64,000 bases of DNA, taken from the NCBI GenBank assembly GCA_009103225.1, contig RHPI01001056.1:52637-116636 (forward strand), written 5' to 3'. A program made the position numbers and the translations under genes. Source of the stretch: Chlorokybus atmophyticus. Taxonomy: Eukaryota; Plantae; Mesostigma and Chlorokybus algae. Of this stretch, positions 25,501-40,333 are shown one piece after another; the stretch's first letter is position 1; every line of letters starts with the position of its first letter. The notes beneath the pieces were generated by a model that searched no databases, was not told the DNA's origin, and saw only the letters and a list, made by a program, of their open reading frames with translations.

Positions 25501-25835
25501 TTCATTCTCGTTGTGTTGAAAGGCAAGCAGCGTCGCTGGCAGCTGCCGTTGCAAGTGATTGCTACACTTTACCTAAGCTCAGCAACATGTGCATGTGCAA
25601 GGAGGTAGCAAAAAAGCTTGCCTTTTGCGCCAGGCAGCAACGAGATTCGTTGCAGGGTTTCTCCGACGATAGGCCAGCCCCAAGTGCCGGGCGGCAGCTT
25701 GCTGTTGTTGTTGCTGGTGTTGCTGCGCAGCCACAGCAGCGACAGCAGCAGCAACGGCGCCGCCACCAGCAGTGGCACCGCCCAGCTCCCGCCCATCCCA
25801 TCCTGGAGACTGCTCACGATGCCCGCCAGAGCCAT
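22537..25835 (-). CDS. Cytochrome P450, CYP85-clan/CYP716/CYP120-like; multi-exon; N-gap in an intron
   Basis: Membrane anchor, then KLPPGTWGWPIVGETL. I-helix FFAGHDTSS, K-helix EVMRLLPPV, RFDPAHF and heme motif [11 protein letters not shown]; stop TAG at 22537-22539. The first intron fits best with a GC donor (25620-25621). Confidence 0.93.
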
Positions 25836-26702
25836 GCCTACAACAAGAAGAGAAGCTTTGCAGCACAAGCAAGCAGCCTTCAACTGGCCAGCTTCTCCTC
25901 CTGCTGTCTAGCGGTCTAATTGCTAAACTAGCAAGCGCTATCACGGCTGATTATTGGTTAGAGATAGGTAACCCTGCTGCAGGCTTGCCCAGCGACAGCA
26001 GCCTGCAGGAGGAAAGCGGTAGGCCTAAGCGTTGCCTGCTGTGCGTGTTGCACAGCAGGCATGTGCCAGGCTTCAGATTCAGCAAAGCTCATGCAATATC
26101 GGCTGTGTCGTGCAAGCAGAAGATGCCTGCATTCCTGCACTCATTGGGTTCCTTATATTCATCGCTGAGTCACTGCGGCTCGTGTCACAAAGCTCATAAG
26201 AAAGCAGTGAGACAGTAGGCCTGACATGTCTGACAGCGCCACTGCTCAGACAATCATGTCATTAAATCAAGTAAATGTACGATAAGCAACTCGCCCCTGC
26301 GCAGCAAGACCGATATCGCGTCAAATTCAACCGCGATATCAGCCATGTCACCACCGGGGCACGAAAGACTTTTAGGTCACAAGCTGAGAGTTGCAATGGT
26401 GGGAACCCAGGAAGAATGTAGTCAAGGCACCTATTTACTACTTATGTGATGTGCTTACATGAGCTTACATGCTGAGCAGCTTGTCTGAGCATACACGTGT
26501 CCTGGTAGTTGTGCATTGTGCCTGCAGAATGCACAATCTACACATCTCAGTGCTGCCGCAGCTCCCCCAGTGAAACTGTCGTGCAATTGTCGTGCACGCG
26601 CATGCACGCGCATACTGTGTCATCCGGTCAACACGCCACAAAGCAGCCGACTGAAGGAAGCGGCAAACTTGGTATGCAAAAACCGACCAACTGAACGCAT
26701 GC

Positions 26703-27219
<517 letters not shown>

Positions 27220-27609
27220 ATATGGAATCACTGGTATGATTGACTGCGTGCACTAAGTAGCCAACGCAACACCCAACCCAGTAGCCAAGAACCAACAAAC
27301 TCTCACCATGCGAACGAAGTATGTTAGCTCACATCAGTGTTGACAGGGTGATGAGTGATGACATCACCCATCAATTGAACCATATAAGATTGAGACTGGC
27401 TCGAGCTGAGCGCTCTCTCAAGCAGCACCGGACTTGCACCTTATAGCCTCAGTAGCAGTAGCAGACCAGGCAAATAGGAGGCCTTCAGCAGGATCAGCCT
27501 CAGTGCCCTGTGCCCTGCTGCAGGTCGGACCGTAGTTAAGACTAATTGCTGTCTGCTGCAACTTGGAGTCGCGCAATGCATGGCTGTGGATAATGCTTGG
27601 TGACGCGTA

Positions 27610-28520
27610 CTCAGGCGCGTACTCAGGCGCACACGTGTGCTCACTCTTGGCAAGCAGTACATGCACCTTTTTGGCCCCGAAGGCAACAAGATCATCACGT
27701 CCCACTCTCTGGCGCACTGTTGGACGACCATGTTGAACATGGTTACTACAACATTGGGAGTGGTCTGCTTTGTGTGCACTGCACCCTGTGTGAAGACTGA
27801 ATGGCCATGCGGACACTTGCTCCTGGCGGGAGAGAGGCCACGTTGAAGCATGCTACATACAACATTAAAGAGAGTGGTTAGTGATTACGTTCCAAACTGT
27901 GTAAACTGACTCCGTTTGATGAGACTTGTTGCCCTCGACTTCAATACGTTGTGTGTGTGGTTTGCGTTTGAGGTGTTTGCTGGGATGCTGCCCGCGCTGG
28001 AAGTGGACTCCCTCAGAAGCCAGTCGGATGTGTTGTTGAAGGAAGCATTGTTTGAATCAGTCTGCCTTCATGGCCCGCCATGACGGTCAACCTATACAGG
28101 TGCCTAGTGGGGGAGCAGCCAGCAGGTTTGTACTTGCCATTTCTATGATCAGTGCGATAGTACATGCGCGTGCGTGTGTGCCTGCCTCTGTGTGCGTGTG
28201 CATGCGGGTGCATGCGCATGCACGCGCACTTGCACATGTGTGTGCGCACACATGCGCATGTCCGTGTGCATGTGAATGCAGGCGTACACGCACACACACC
28301 TGTGATTTAGTGTGTTTTGTGTGTTCGCGCAACGACATTCTGCATTAGATAAAGGTCCATCAAAGTGCGGCAGGCCCAGCCCGCGCAAAGGCAATGTGCT
28401 GGCCCGTGTGCTAAGACTCTGACGGTCAGCGAGGCGGATGAGAGCGGCGTGTCCGACTCTTCTTCACACACTTGTTGGATTGTTGGACACTTATGCGACA
28501 AGACCGCCAGCGTGCTTGAG
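27610..28520 (+). pseudogene. Decayed paralog of the adjacent P450, head-to-head
   Basis: HLFGPEGNKII vs LLGPEGNKFV; SWRERGHVE vs GWGEKGHVE; VFAGMLPALEVDSLRSQSD vs VLAGLPPGPEMESLRSHLD; EADESGVSD...GHLCDKTASVL vs KADESGVFD...AGHDTSSSVL. Frameshifts and stops present; no heme-motif exon found. Confidence 0.7.
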
Positions 28521-29767
28521 ACAGAATCTGGTCTACTTGTGTTGCAGCAAGCTGAGTGTCAGAGCCAGCTGCAATCTAATCGTGTATCCTTGTATCTGTA
28601 TCACTACATCCTGTTTCAGCATGTAATACGTACACAACCTTCATGTTGGGATACGTGTGCATAGGATGAATCACTCTGTTTCTGCATCCTGGATGAGAAT
28701 ACGAGCATGCTGTGACTGTTGCAACGACATCAACCAGCAGCCTCAGTTACCATACAGAGAGAATGAGAGAGTAGCAACAATCACGATGACAAAGCCTCCC
28801 TCGCCAACACCAGTCTTCAGCAGAGGCATTGCCATGGTAGCATTGACCCAGTCGTGCTGTCACCAGGCAGTTGTTGTGTAGCAACACAGCCATAAGATAT
28901 GAAATATGAGAAGCTGTCCATGCGTCCAATGGTGGGCATGTTGGCAGCATAGCCAGATCATGCCGTGCGTGCGGGCGTGCGTGCGCCGCCCGGCATGCAT
29001 ACACCCCGATGTGATGCTTTCATCTATCACTTACACACACAACTGCTAACCGCAGCCCTTGTGGGGAGGTACTGTTCTCTGCATGCTTGCTGTATGTCTA
29101 ACGGGGCGGGCTAGTACTAGCATAGCATAGCGTAGGTAGCACTAGCCCGGTGACTGTTATGTGAGTGGTGAAGGTTATTTTTCATGCATGTCACTCACAT
29201 TGCCCGCACACCATGTTGCCATAGTACCATACCCTTTATATACACCGGTTGTACGTTGCGACTTGCATTGTAAAGTATAATTCACTTGTGCCAACTACAC
29301 GATGCATGGTTGGTGCTTGCTTGCTATGCAGTTGCTTGCTTGCTTGCCTCATGCTTGAGCTGTACCTCTATTGTTTGTGCTGCTACTCTACCTCACACCT
29401 CTGTTGCTCGTACATGCCATCCCTCTTGCCTATGCCTGCAAGCGCGCATATTTGCTGCGTTTGTGTTCATGCACAATCTGCCAGCCTGCCCATGTTATAA
29501 TCTAAACTGCTAGGTGTATAGCAGTCAAAGCGTTTCTAGCCCCCGGCAGGTGTTTGCACGCGGAGGTGCACATGCATACGTGATGCTGTATGCACGTTGG
29601 GAGATGTGTGCAGCGCTCATACATATAGTAGAGCTGGGATAACGCAAGTGCGCGTCACCAGACACAGCACAACCGACCACTTGCAGGCACGTTAACAACT
29701 CCCCAAGCGACAGGCAACAACTTTCCAAACCAATTGCAGACACGTCGTGCAGCGAAATGGGGCACTA

Positions 29768-32700
29768 TCAACCTTTCTGCAAACACTGTCTGTGGACTTG
29801 CGACAAAAACTCTGCATAACCAGGGCCAGAGGAGTTGCGGTCTTCAACAAGGGATTCAAGAAGCAGGAGTTCCTGTTGCGTACCCTGCCGAAGCACATGA
29901 ACCTGCTGCCACAAACTCCGCCCCTTGCGCACCGCCGCTATGATTGCGTTGACCCGCTTTGAAAGGTCATTCTCAAGGCGTGGGAGTGTGAACTGTCGGT
30001 ACACGTATTATACGGTTAGTTGAGCAACAATGTTGGTCCGATGTAACAGCCGTCTGCTTGTCATCATCAATCCCAGTGTGCTTACCAAAGAAAGATCAAT
30101 GCCTGGTGTGGCCCACTCGTTGCCAAGTAAGCTAATGGCCACGTCCTGGCGTGCTTCTCTCCCGAGCCACAACAGAAGCCGGCGAGTGTCGTCCATCAAG
30201 TACACGCCGCGCGGGTCCAGACGCTCCTGGGCGAGTGGCACAACCGGTGGCAAGACCATGCTACCATCCGCACCCGCTATCCCGCACTGCGTACCACATA
30301 ATCTCATATCAGACTGGCTGTGCTCCAGCTTCGTGCAAAGCAACACATCAGTACCTGGGGTGGCATGTCGTGAAGCGAGTAGAGCCGTGGATACAAAGCT
30401 ATCAACGTAATGTCGGCAGGGAGCGCTAACATGTCGAAAATCCAAGATGTGCGCTCGTCAATGTGAACCTGCAGGACAAAAGGGTTACCTACGATGTTGC
30501 TCCGAATACACCTGACATCGAGCACTCCAACTGTAGTTACCTCCTTGAATCCTCCTCGCAAGGCGGGGTTCTTGATGAGACCGAGGGTGAATATGGACAG
30601 CAGGCGCATGGTGTCGGGGAAGACGAGGCGGTTGGGTGCGGAGCGGAACTGCCCAGCATAGAGAGTACGATACTCTCTTAGAGCCGCGACGCACTTGCTT
30701 TGAGCGTCTTTGCGGGCCTCCTCAAGCTTCCCTGTGAACGTGCGCTCCGCCGCTGCAATGGCAACCACTATTTGAGCAAGGGATACCATATTTGAGTCAA
30801 ACAATGCACATGAAGTATATTGGTCCGCCAAAAGCTGTACACTTAGCAATGATGCTTGGGACCATGCTGAAGTGCACAGCTTTCATGTGCCATGTACACT
30901 GCACGTGAACGCGTGTACCCCATGTGCAACATGATCACAGCTGCATACCAAGGCGGCTGAGGGTAACTGCGAGGGCGCCACAATCCGTGGCGTTGAACAT
31001 CTCGCCAAGGTCTGCAACAACGGGGATTTGCAGGGTGTGCACGCGGATGCGGCGCTCCCCTGAAGACGAAGTATACAACAACGCGCACTGGAAGTAGACG
31101 GTGGGTGAGGTCACAAGCGCTTCATCATGTGCAATCTGAACCACGAACGCCTTGTCGCAGTCTACTGCTGGCAGTGCCAACAGGTCCGAGCTTCGAATGA
31201 AGAAGTGTCCATGGAAGCTTGAGATCTTCAACCCTGCAGCAAGGTGTTGGTGTGAGGGGATGCAATCGGCTTCTCTAACAGCGCACGTACCTTTGCCGCA
31301 ACGTATGCGCATGACAGCCTCCCAGCCTGTAACGCGGGTAAGGTTTCTTACAAGCTCCATGTGGAACTTCTCGCCATCCCGTTGAACCGTAAACCCAGGA
31401 TAGCAGGACATTTGGCCTCCTGTGTATCTCGGCAGAGTACCTGCCATGAAGAGATAAGTTGGGACACTTACATCAGCTTGCACAGCGTAATTGAGATCAT
31501 GCGTGATGCTGCTTACTTAGGCTTCCAAGGTCAGCAAAAGGTGAGCAGAAAGAGAAGACATCCACACATATTTGCACTCGCGAGCACTCTGCCGCTAACT
31601 TCTTGTATGATGCATCTTCGGCCACGCGCAGGTTCTGCTCCCTGTCAGTGCCATACACGCGGGGATCGTCTCCGCGCACTGTCAACCTCCCCACGCCCAA
31701 AGTTGGCAGAGAACTCTGAAACACCAACATCTTGCCTCCAATTGGGCTCTGCGTGTACACCACTCCGATCAGCTAAACACACATGACTACCTGATGTATA
31801 GAAAGAGTGATGCACGCACTTACCACTACCATGAAGGCAGCCTGCAGTGCCGGTCCAAGTGCGGATTCAACATTTTGCGTGTTCGCAACAATCGCGGGCA
31901 GGGAGTCAAGCAAGCTATTCACAACATCCCATGACTCGCGTAGGTTAACCAGCAAGTCGTCTGGTAGCGGCAGAAAGACATCTTCAAGCTCTGCAACTAC
32001 CATCATTTGGGGTTGCGACAACGAAGACTGCCAAGAAACATGACCAACACAGTGTAAGTAGCTCAGTCTAACACAAATGCTTTCCAAAATAACTTGCGAA
32101 CCTTAAGGTTGTAAAAGTGTAGAGTGCTGTCGAAAGTGAGAAACCCAATGCGTGTGCGCGAGTCACCAGGCAACCGTTCCAAACAACTCTTGATTGCGGC
32201 AGCGGCAACGGCCACCATACCGGACGCCACCGCAGGGTACGAGACATCTATGATGAAAAAGTAAACTGGAGGCATGGGCGCACGCACCTGCGCAGATGCA
32301 CATCAGGCTGAGAAACATGCGGCAAGCAGCCTGGCCGCCACTGCAACAATGGAACAACAACAACCGTCAAGCACCATGTACTCTTGAGGAGCGATGAACT
32401 CAACACTGCCCTTGCACAGCTCTGGCCTCTCAGCTACGTCCCGCCGCCGCCCATCCGCATCCAGAGTGCAGAAGTAATCCACAGGAACTGATCACAGGAC
32501 GCATGCGGTGAGTTGGCACATTGTGAGGTCAGTGTTGAATGACAGGCAAGGAGGGCAATATAACTCACCGTCATTAAGCAAGCCACAAACATTGCAACGC
32601 CATCTCCGGCCGCCATCTGTGAACTGAACATATGGGTTGATGTATGTTCTGCAACGCCGACACCGGACAATCCCCGAGGTGCCAAAATTTACAATCGGCA

Positions 32701-34880
32701 CCTCATCCTGCACAGCGCAACGTGACACATCAATATTAACTCAGGGACTTCAATTGGACACCAGACTTACCCCAGGACTCTCTGCGAGCGGATGGCAGAC
32801 GGCGCCAAGTGGCAGCGGCCAGCGGTTCCGCAAAGTATTTGAGTTGGGCACAGCGTTGCAGGCCAGGCGTATGTACTTTGGATCGCAGTTCATGACGCCT
32901 GTCTGGGGAGGCATGTTCGGAGAATCAATCGGCCGCGGGAAGTAGTTGGGATCCGCTGGGCCGTCACTTGGAGCTGGACCCGTACCCATGGAGAGCGACT
33001 GGAAGCGCTCCGCCACGGCAGCAGCACCCATGCCAGCATAATCACCTGGACCAACTGGCGGTGGCATACCGTAGCCCTGGGCTGAAGGCGCGTACATACC
33101 AGGAGGCGGTGGTCCCGCCGTAGCAGCGGGTGCATAAGCTGAGGGTGGTGCACTTGATGCAGGTCTGGAGGAAAATGGCGGAGGCTGCAGTGCACCGAAT
33201 GGGGGTGTTTGAACTCTTGGCGTTGTGGAAGGTCTCGCACCGGCTGGTCCCATGGGCGGCATGGATGGTGGTGGCACTGTGGGCCCCGGACCTGGAGGCC
33301 GCATCATTGGTGGTGGAGGCTGCTGTAGTTGTGGTTGACCCCCTGCATACGTAGGTAGACCCGCCCCCGCAGATGGTGGCCGGAGCTGAGGCGGGACACC
33401 ACCAGCAGCACCCGCACCTCCGGGCCCTGGATAAGCGGCCGCGGGGTAACTACTGCTTGGTTGCGGGCCTGGCTGCTGTCCAGGCAACCCCGTCTGCACT
33501 GGCCGCAGCCCAGGAGGCGGGCCCATATAAGGCGCCTGAGACGCAACAGCTGGTGGCGTGCCTGTTTCAACAACCATGTTTTGTTTCATGAACATATCCA
33601 CGCCGCACAACAGGGCCAGAATGATGTTAATTAAGTACTTAAGGAGCACACCTGGAGGTAGCCCGCCAGGTCGTGGGCCATATGGTGCCTGGCCTGGCTG
33701 TCCTGGTGGCATGGGGGGAGTGGGGCCACCAGGACCCATTGGCGGCCGCATCATGGGCATTGTAGGTGTGGAAGGGCGGGGACCGGGCTGGCTGCTCATC
33801 TGCTGCTGAGGCATGCCCATACCTGGCCTGGCGCCAGGAGGGAGCCCACCTGGAGGCCCTCCCGGTGGTGGGCCACCTCGACCTGCTCCCCCCTGCTGCA
33901 GCCCGCCTGGAGGCCCATATGCAGGGGATCCACCTGGTGCGCCAGGAGGTGGTCCATAACCACCTGCAGCATGAATAAAAGGCACACTGTGTTTGTGTAG
34001 TTTCCTACTAGCGTGCATGCACGCACTGCATGCTCGGAAGAATGCACTGCAAGCTTTGACATTATGCATTAATCTTGCTGTGGTCTAGGCATGTACATAG
34101 TTATATTTGCAACAGCGTAAAGGCCGTTGCCCGAAATTATTTGAGTGCGTTCAACAGCCTTCAAACTAAGCAGCAGACGACACCATAGAGTAGATTGAGA
34201 AAGCAACTGCATAGCTGCCCTATCTTCCAAATGCCAATGTCAACTAAAGTTTCACACAACCCATAGGAAGCCAGCCATTGTGCTTGCAGTGCCCTAAGCT
34301 ACTACAACTGGACACACAAAACCTTTAAAAAGACTCGTTGCTACGTATATACGGCAAACTTGCAAGCATGACCAACTGATCTCTCGCAAGCGTCATTGAA
34401 GCAATCACTGTTTACTTGCTGCTGTTCACAGGTCTGTGAACAGCACAAACAAGGCGAGATGCCATACTTGCTTGTGAAACGTAGCCCATGTTGTGCGAGA
34501 GGGTGTTGTGCAAGTTGTGGAAAGTGTAGATATTACTCAAACGACAATGCCCCCAGCCATGCTTGCCTGGAACTATCTCAAACTGCAAATCGTTGTTGCA
34601 AACTCCTACTGCAGCTCAACAAAGGTCAAATGCTAACTGCTAATGTTTTACATCAGCACGCAAGATGTTAACAGAAAGTCCTCATTGCTGCATCATGGTC
34701 ACTTGCGACCAGATCTGCGCACTCCCTCGCACCTGGCGGTTGTTGCTGCAGTGGTTGTGCGCCAGCCTGCGGCGGAACGCCGTACCCTGGCGGCGGGCCT
34801 GGAGGCGGCGGTCTCACGGATGGCGGCACGCCTCCTCCCTGCTGCCCCGGAGACGGCGGGCCGTACTGAGGCGGCTGCAT
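29768..34880 (-). CDS. SEC24: COPII coat subunit Sec24 (SEC24A-like) with Pro/Gly-rich N-terminus; multi-exon
   Basis: Zn finger [14 protein letters not shown]...WRCNVC, vWA-like [58 protein letters not shown] and LYPRLY; stop TGA at 29768-29770. Confidence 0.95.
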
Positions 34881-34942
34881 TCCCTCTCCGCCACAACGGC
34901 GACAACACCGCCGACGACCCCGCCAACAACAATGTCACCAAC

Positions 34943-34961
34943 AACCCTAAAGGTAGGGTTT
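34943..34961. promoter_or_regulatory. Inverted pair of telo-box-like motifs in the short divergent intergenic region
   Basis: AACCCTAA (34943-34950) and TAGGGTTT (34954-34961, reverse complement AAACCCTA) lie between the SEC24 ATG (34880) and the next gene (~35070). Confidence 0.4.
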
Positions 34962-35069
34962 GAGATCTAAGTTCAGTTCCCCAAACCGCATAACCTTAAC
35001 CCTGGTTTGTTTGATCCGGGAAAACAGGGACCAAATCCGTCGATCTGGTTCATTACGCCAAGCACTGGC

Positions 35070-37804
35070 ATGGCGACGTGGCAGCCTGCATACGGGCAAG
35101 TCAGTGCGCTGTGTACGCGGCGGCAGCGGCGGTGTGGGCGTCGGTGGTATTGGCAGGAGAGTGCAACGTGTCGCGCTGGCTTGGTCTTCTACATATGCCT
35201 GTGAGTGTGCTGCCGGCGCCGACCGCTGCTGGCAGCGCTTGGTGCTGCGGTCGGAGCGCTAACCCGTGCTGCCAGCTGCGTGCACACGGTGAGCATGGCC
35301 TGGTGGCCTGGTCCACAGCATGCATGGCTTGGTCAGGCGACGCAGGCATACTACTATATGGTCTGTTCAACTGTTTCATCACATACAACAGGCTATGACG
35401 GCCCACTCCCCAACCATCGCCGAAGCCGCCGTCGCCGGTCATTAACCTTAGGTGGCAAGCGTAGAGTTGTCTTTGTGGCAGCTGACAGCTCATCACCATC
35501 AATTCAGCATTCACAGGTGAGTGCAGGAAAATAGGCTGTACACTTTTCTTTGGTATCGGCCTAGCAGGCAGCACGGCGGTGTGTGTGCGGGGGCGTGTCT
35601 GAGTTTATGTGCGCGGCTGCGTGCGTGTGAGCATACACGGACACGCATTACCCCCCCTCTCCCCCCGCCTTACTGGCCTCCAGCATGCGANNNNNNNNNN
35701 NNNNNNNNNNNNNNNNNNNNNNNNNNNNNNNNNNNNNNNNNNNNNNNNNNNNNNNNNNNNNNNNNNNNNNNNNNNNNNNNNNNNNNNNNNNNNNNNNNNN
35801 NNCCCCCCCCCCCCCCCCCCCCCCCCCCCCCCTTCCCCTCACCACACGCGCGCGTGTGCACCTACACACACATGCCAGAGTGCGCCTGCGCGCGTGTGTA
35901 GGTGTGCGCATTCGTTTGCGTGCATTGCCGCGTGTGTGTATGTTTGAGTGTATTGTGACATGGCAATAGTATCAACTGTGCTCTCTTCGTGCTTAGGCAG
36001 GAATAGGCTCGTCTCCAGCACGCAATCAGCAACAAGCACAGAGTACACCACACCAACAACCACAACATATACATGCACAACATGCAAAGCAACCAGTACA
36101 GCCCCCTCTGGTCAATCGAGCTCGCGGCATGCCAGGACCAAGCGCACGAGCACGGTATACGCTGGATCCAGCTCCGCTACCAGCTTTTGAGGACATTGAC
36201 AGCGATGAGCTGCTTTCCACTTCGTCATCAACATTGCCACTGCGCGCCCGCGCAGCGAGGGGAGACACTGGCATGAGTGCTAACAGCAAGTATCGATCCA
36301 ACGTGGTGTCGACGGTTCGCATGGCGTGCACGGCTTGTGAGGGTCGAGGCCACACCCTCTGCCCGAAGTGCTCACTGCTCTTCCCAGATCTCAAGTGCCC
36401 ACTTTGCGGCGGATGGGTAATATTCTGCTTCAGTGACATGCATACATGTCACCATTTGACGAGCTCTTGTCTGCATGTGTGAAGGCGCGCATAGTTGACA
36501 TTCTGCACAGAGTGCGCTTTCCTGTGTGCCTGTGGCATGTGCGTGCGAGCCGAGACAGGCACGCATCCAGTCACTCGCTCACGCACACATGCTCATATGT
36601 ACATAAGCTTACACACGGATATGCGCGCCGGTGGGGTATGCGTGCAGCTATGCCTGCAGTGCACACACATGCACGCACGTACGCACGCACACAGGCAGCC
36701 AGGCACTCGCGTGTGCAACGTAAACACATGTTAACAGCATGGTGTCCTCGCTTGGTGACATCACTTGCCAACGGCGTGTGTTTTTCAACAGGGCTTCAAT
36801 TTGTGTGCCGCTTGTCGTGGCGAGGGCGCTCTCACGGTGCGGTTGAGGCCGCGGCGCTCGAGGCCGCTCGTTGGGGAGTATGTTGACGACCCCGAGGAGG
36901 AGGACATTGATGAGGATGATGGTGCAGAGGCGGAGAGCTACGGCTCCATGCGCAAGAACAGAGCTCACAAGCGCGCACTGACGGAAGAACACAAGGCCAA
37001 AATCCGGGCGTCAATGGCGGTGAGGAGCTGTAGTGTGTTGTGACACGTCCGTGTCTGTGTGTATATGATTGACTTCATGCTTTCTCTCCCAGGGGCGTAA
37101 TGCGGGTGTGCCTCTGGCCCCAGACCATCGCGATCGCATTGCCGCCACCGTGCAGAAGAAGATGCGCAACCCTGAACACCGCCTCAAGATCAGCCTTGGC
37201 AAGAAAGGTAAACACCACAGACACAGTACATGCAATATGATCTCATGTACTGGTACTTGGTACCAACAACATAACAACTGCATATTGCACATGTGTGCCT
37301 TTGGCGTAATGTGTGGTGCTTATGGCAAAACCAACAGTTGTTCAGTTATCATTGTGTGGATATGTGTGTACAGGGCAGCCGTTGCACTGCAGCAAGTGTG
37401 GTAAGGCTGGCCACAACTCCCGTCGCTGCCCGCTCGATGGCAAGACCCTCCGCACGGCCACCCTTGCGCAACAAACCTACGAGGGCAAGCGTCCCCTCCG
37501 CTGCGGCGTGTGCGGCGCCCTCGGCCACAACCGCCTCACGTGTCCGCACGCCAAGTCAATAAGCATAGAGAGGGACGAGACCCTCATTGCGCGCATACAC
37601 GCCTCGGCTGCGAGCACCACCGAGCTCGTGGATGATGATGGTATTGTAGGGGATGATGATGCGAGGAGGAGTAGTGGTAGTGAGCATGTTGTAGGGCAGA
37701 GTGAGGACTTTGTGGTGGGGATAAGTGGGAAACCGCGCGTGGCTGGTGATGTTGGGCATAACGGGGCGAAGCGGGCACACAAGAGCAAGGCGCGGACATT
37801 GTGA
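35070..37804 (+). CDS. Probably organelle-targeted protein with a DnaJ-type Zn finger, NUMOD3-like motifs and two CCHC knuckles; 5' exons uncertain, N-gap in an intron
   Basis: CTACEGRG..CPKC..CPLCGG|G..CAACRGEG; acidic tract; LTEEHKAKIRASMA|G and LAPDHRDRIAATVQKKMRNPEHRLKISLGKK|G; CSKCGKAGHNSRRC and CGVCGALGHNRLTC; stop TGA at 37802-37804. Confidence 0.7.
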
Positions 37805-39138
37805 GTCGAAGAGTGTGGGCAAAGTTATTGGCAGAGAAGGAGAAAGTTGTTCCTTCTAAGATGTGCAGCGCACCCGCTCAGTCAGGTTTGTTGAGAGTGA
37901 GGATTATGCATCGACTGCTGAAGTGACGTAATCATCTGCTACTGCTTGCAAACAGTTAAGGTACAGTCTGACTCTATTGTCGTGTGCGCAGGAGTGTTGC
38001 GAGGGAATGCCCAGATCACTGCTGTGTGAAGACCTGAGCTTGGAGGCTGGCGTGCACCGGTGAGGCCCTTTATGGATACTGGCCTGCTAGCTGGTGTTCA
38101 CTGGCAATCCTACATGAGTGCGGCATGTCAGGCGAGTCAGTTATCGAGAGGCAGTGTGTAATATTAGTCGTGTGTATTAGTCGTGTGTATACAACAAGGT
38201 CAGTGTGTAATATTAGAGTTCAGCAAAGGAAGATACATGTATTGTAATGCGGAGCAGTAGTGTTGGATGTATAGGTGTATTGTTGTGTACAGGTTGGATT
38301 AGAAGTTATAATGGTTGTTTTGTGTTCGGGTTGGTATGTGCTGTGACTGTGCGCTTGCATTATTTAAAAATGTCATAGAATCAATGTGTGTCCTGAGCAA
38401 ATGCAGTGAGATTACAGTTGACCAGCTTATGTAATCCAACCAGTCTGTAAATGCTTGGCTAGGGTACCTAGCGGAGTAGCAACAGCAGAGGTCAGTATTG
38501 ACCGCAGATTTTACAAATGTTCTTGACCTTATCTGCAATTGACCACTTGACAAGCTGTGGTTGGGAATGCTTTTACAATATTTACCAGCCAACAGTTGCG
38601 AATACTGTTTGAAAACTTTGTATTCGCACCTTTTGCTTCCGCATGCTCTTTGACATGGTGTTTCCGTGCGCACATGCATGCGTGCACGTGTGGCATAGTG
38701 CGAGAGGCATATATGGAGCAGTTTATTGGATCTCTCTCTCTCCCTCTCTCTCTCTCCCTCTCTCCCTCTCTCCCTCTCTCCCTCTCTCGCTCTCTCGCTC
38801 TCTCCCTCTCTCATTCTATATGTACATGCGTGCATGCATGCGTGCGTGTGCACACCGGTGAACGTGTTTCTAGTTCGCAGTTTCGAGTTGACGGATTATC
38901 TGGTGGCTTCTACTCGCGTGCATTCCAAAACTCGCTTATTTCCAGAAAACTGCCACCCAAGATAATAGCTTTCAGATATGTAATGTAGTGCACATAGTTG
39001 CAAAGCTCCTGTGATAATTGAAGTATTGCTGTTGCCTATATTCGTGTCTGGTTTGCTTGCTGCTTGTGGTGCTGCTTGGATCGCTTCTTTGCCCAATGCA
39101 ATATCTGAGTTAAGGCAGCTGCAGCCTCACCCACCAAT

Positions 39139-40150
<1,012 letters not shown>

Positions 40151-40333
40151 ATGGCACCATCCAAACAGATAGTCTCCAAATGTACAGTGAAAGAATACTT
40201 CTTGGAGTCATATACCAAACCTGTGTTGGCGTTCAACATGTATTGGCTAAGGTTGTACAGACACTACCTATGCCAACAAAGAAACTCATACTCGGTCCAA
40301 CAGTTGCCACAAGACACCACAGATCCTTGTTAT

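Noticed and set aside
35667-35690. 24-mer identical to P450 exon sequence 23794-23817
   Set aside because: It sits between a poly-C run and an N gap, so it is most likely gap-filling mis-extension. The same pattern occurs at 15768-15784, which equals 9744-9760.
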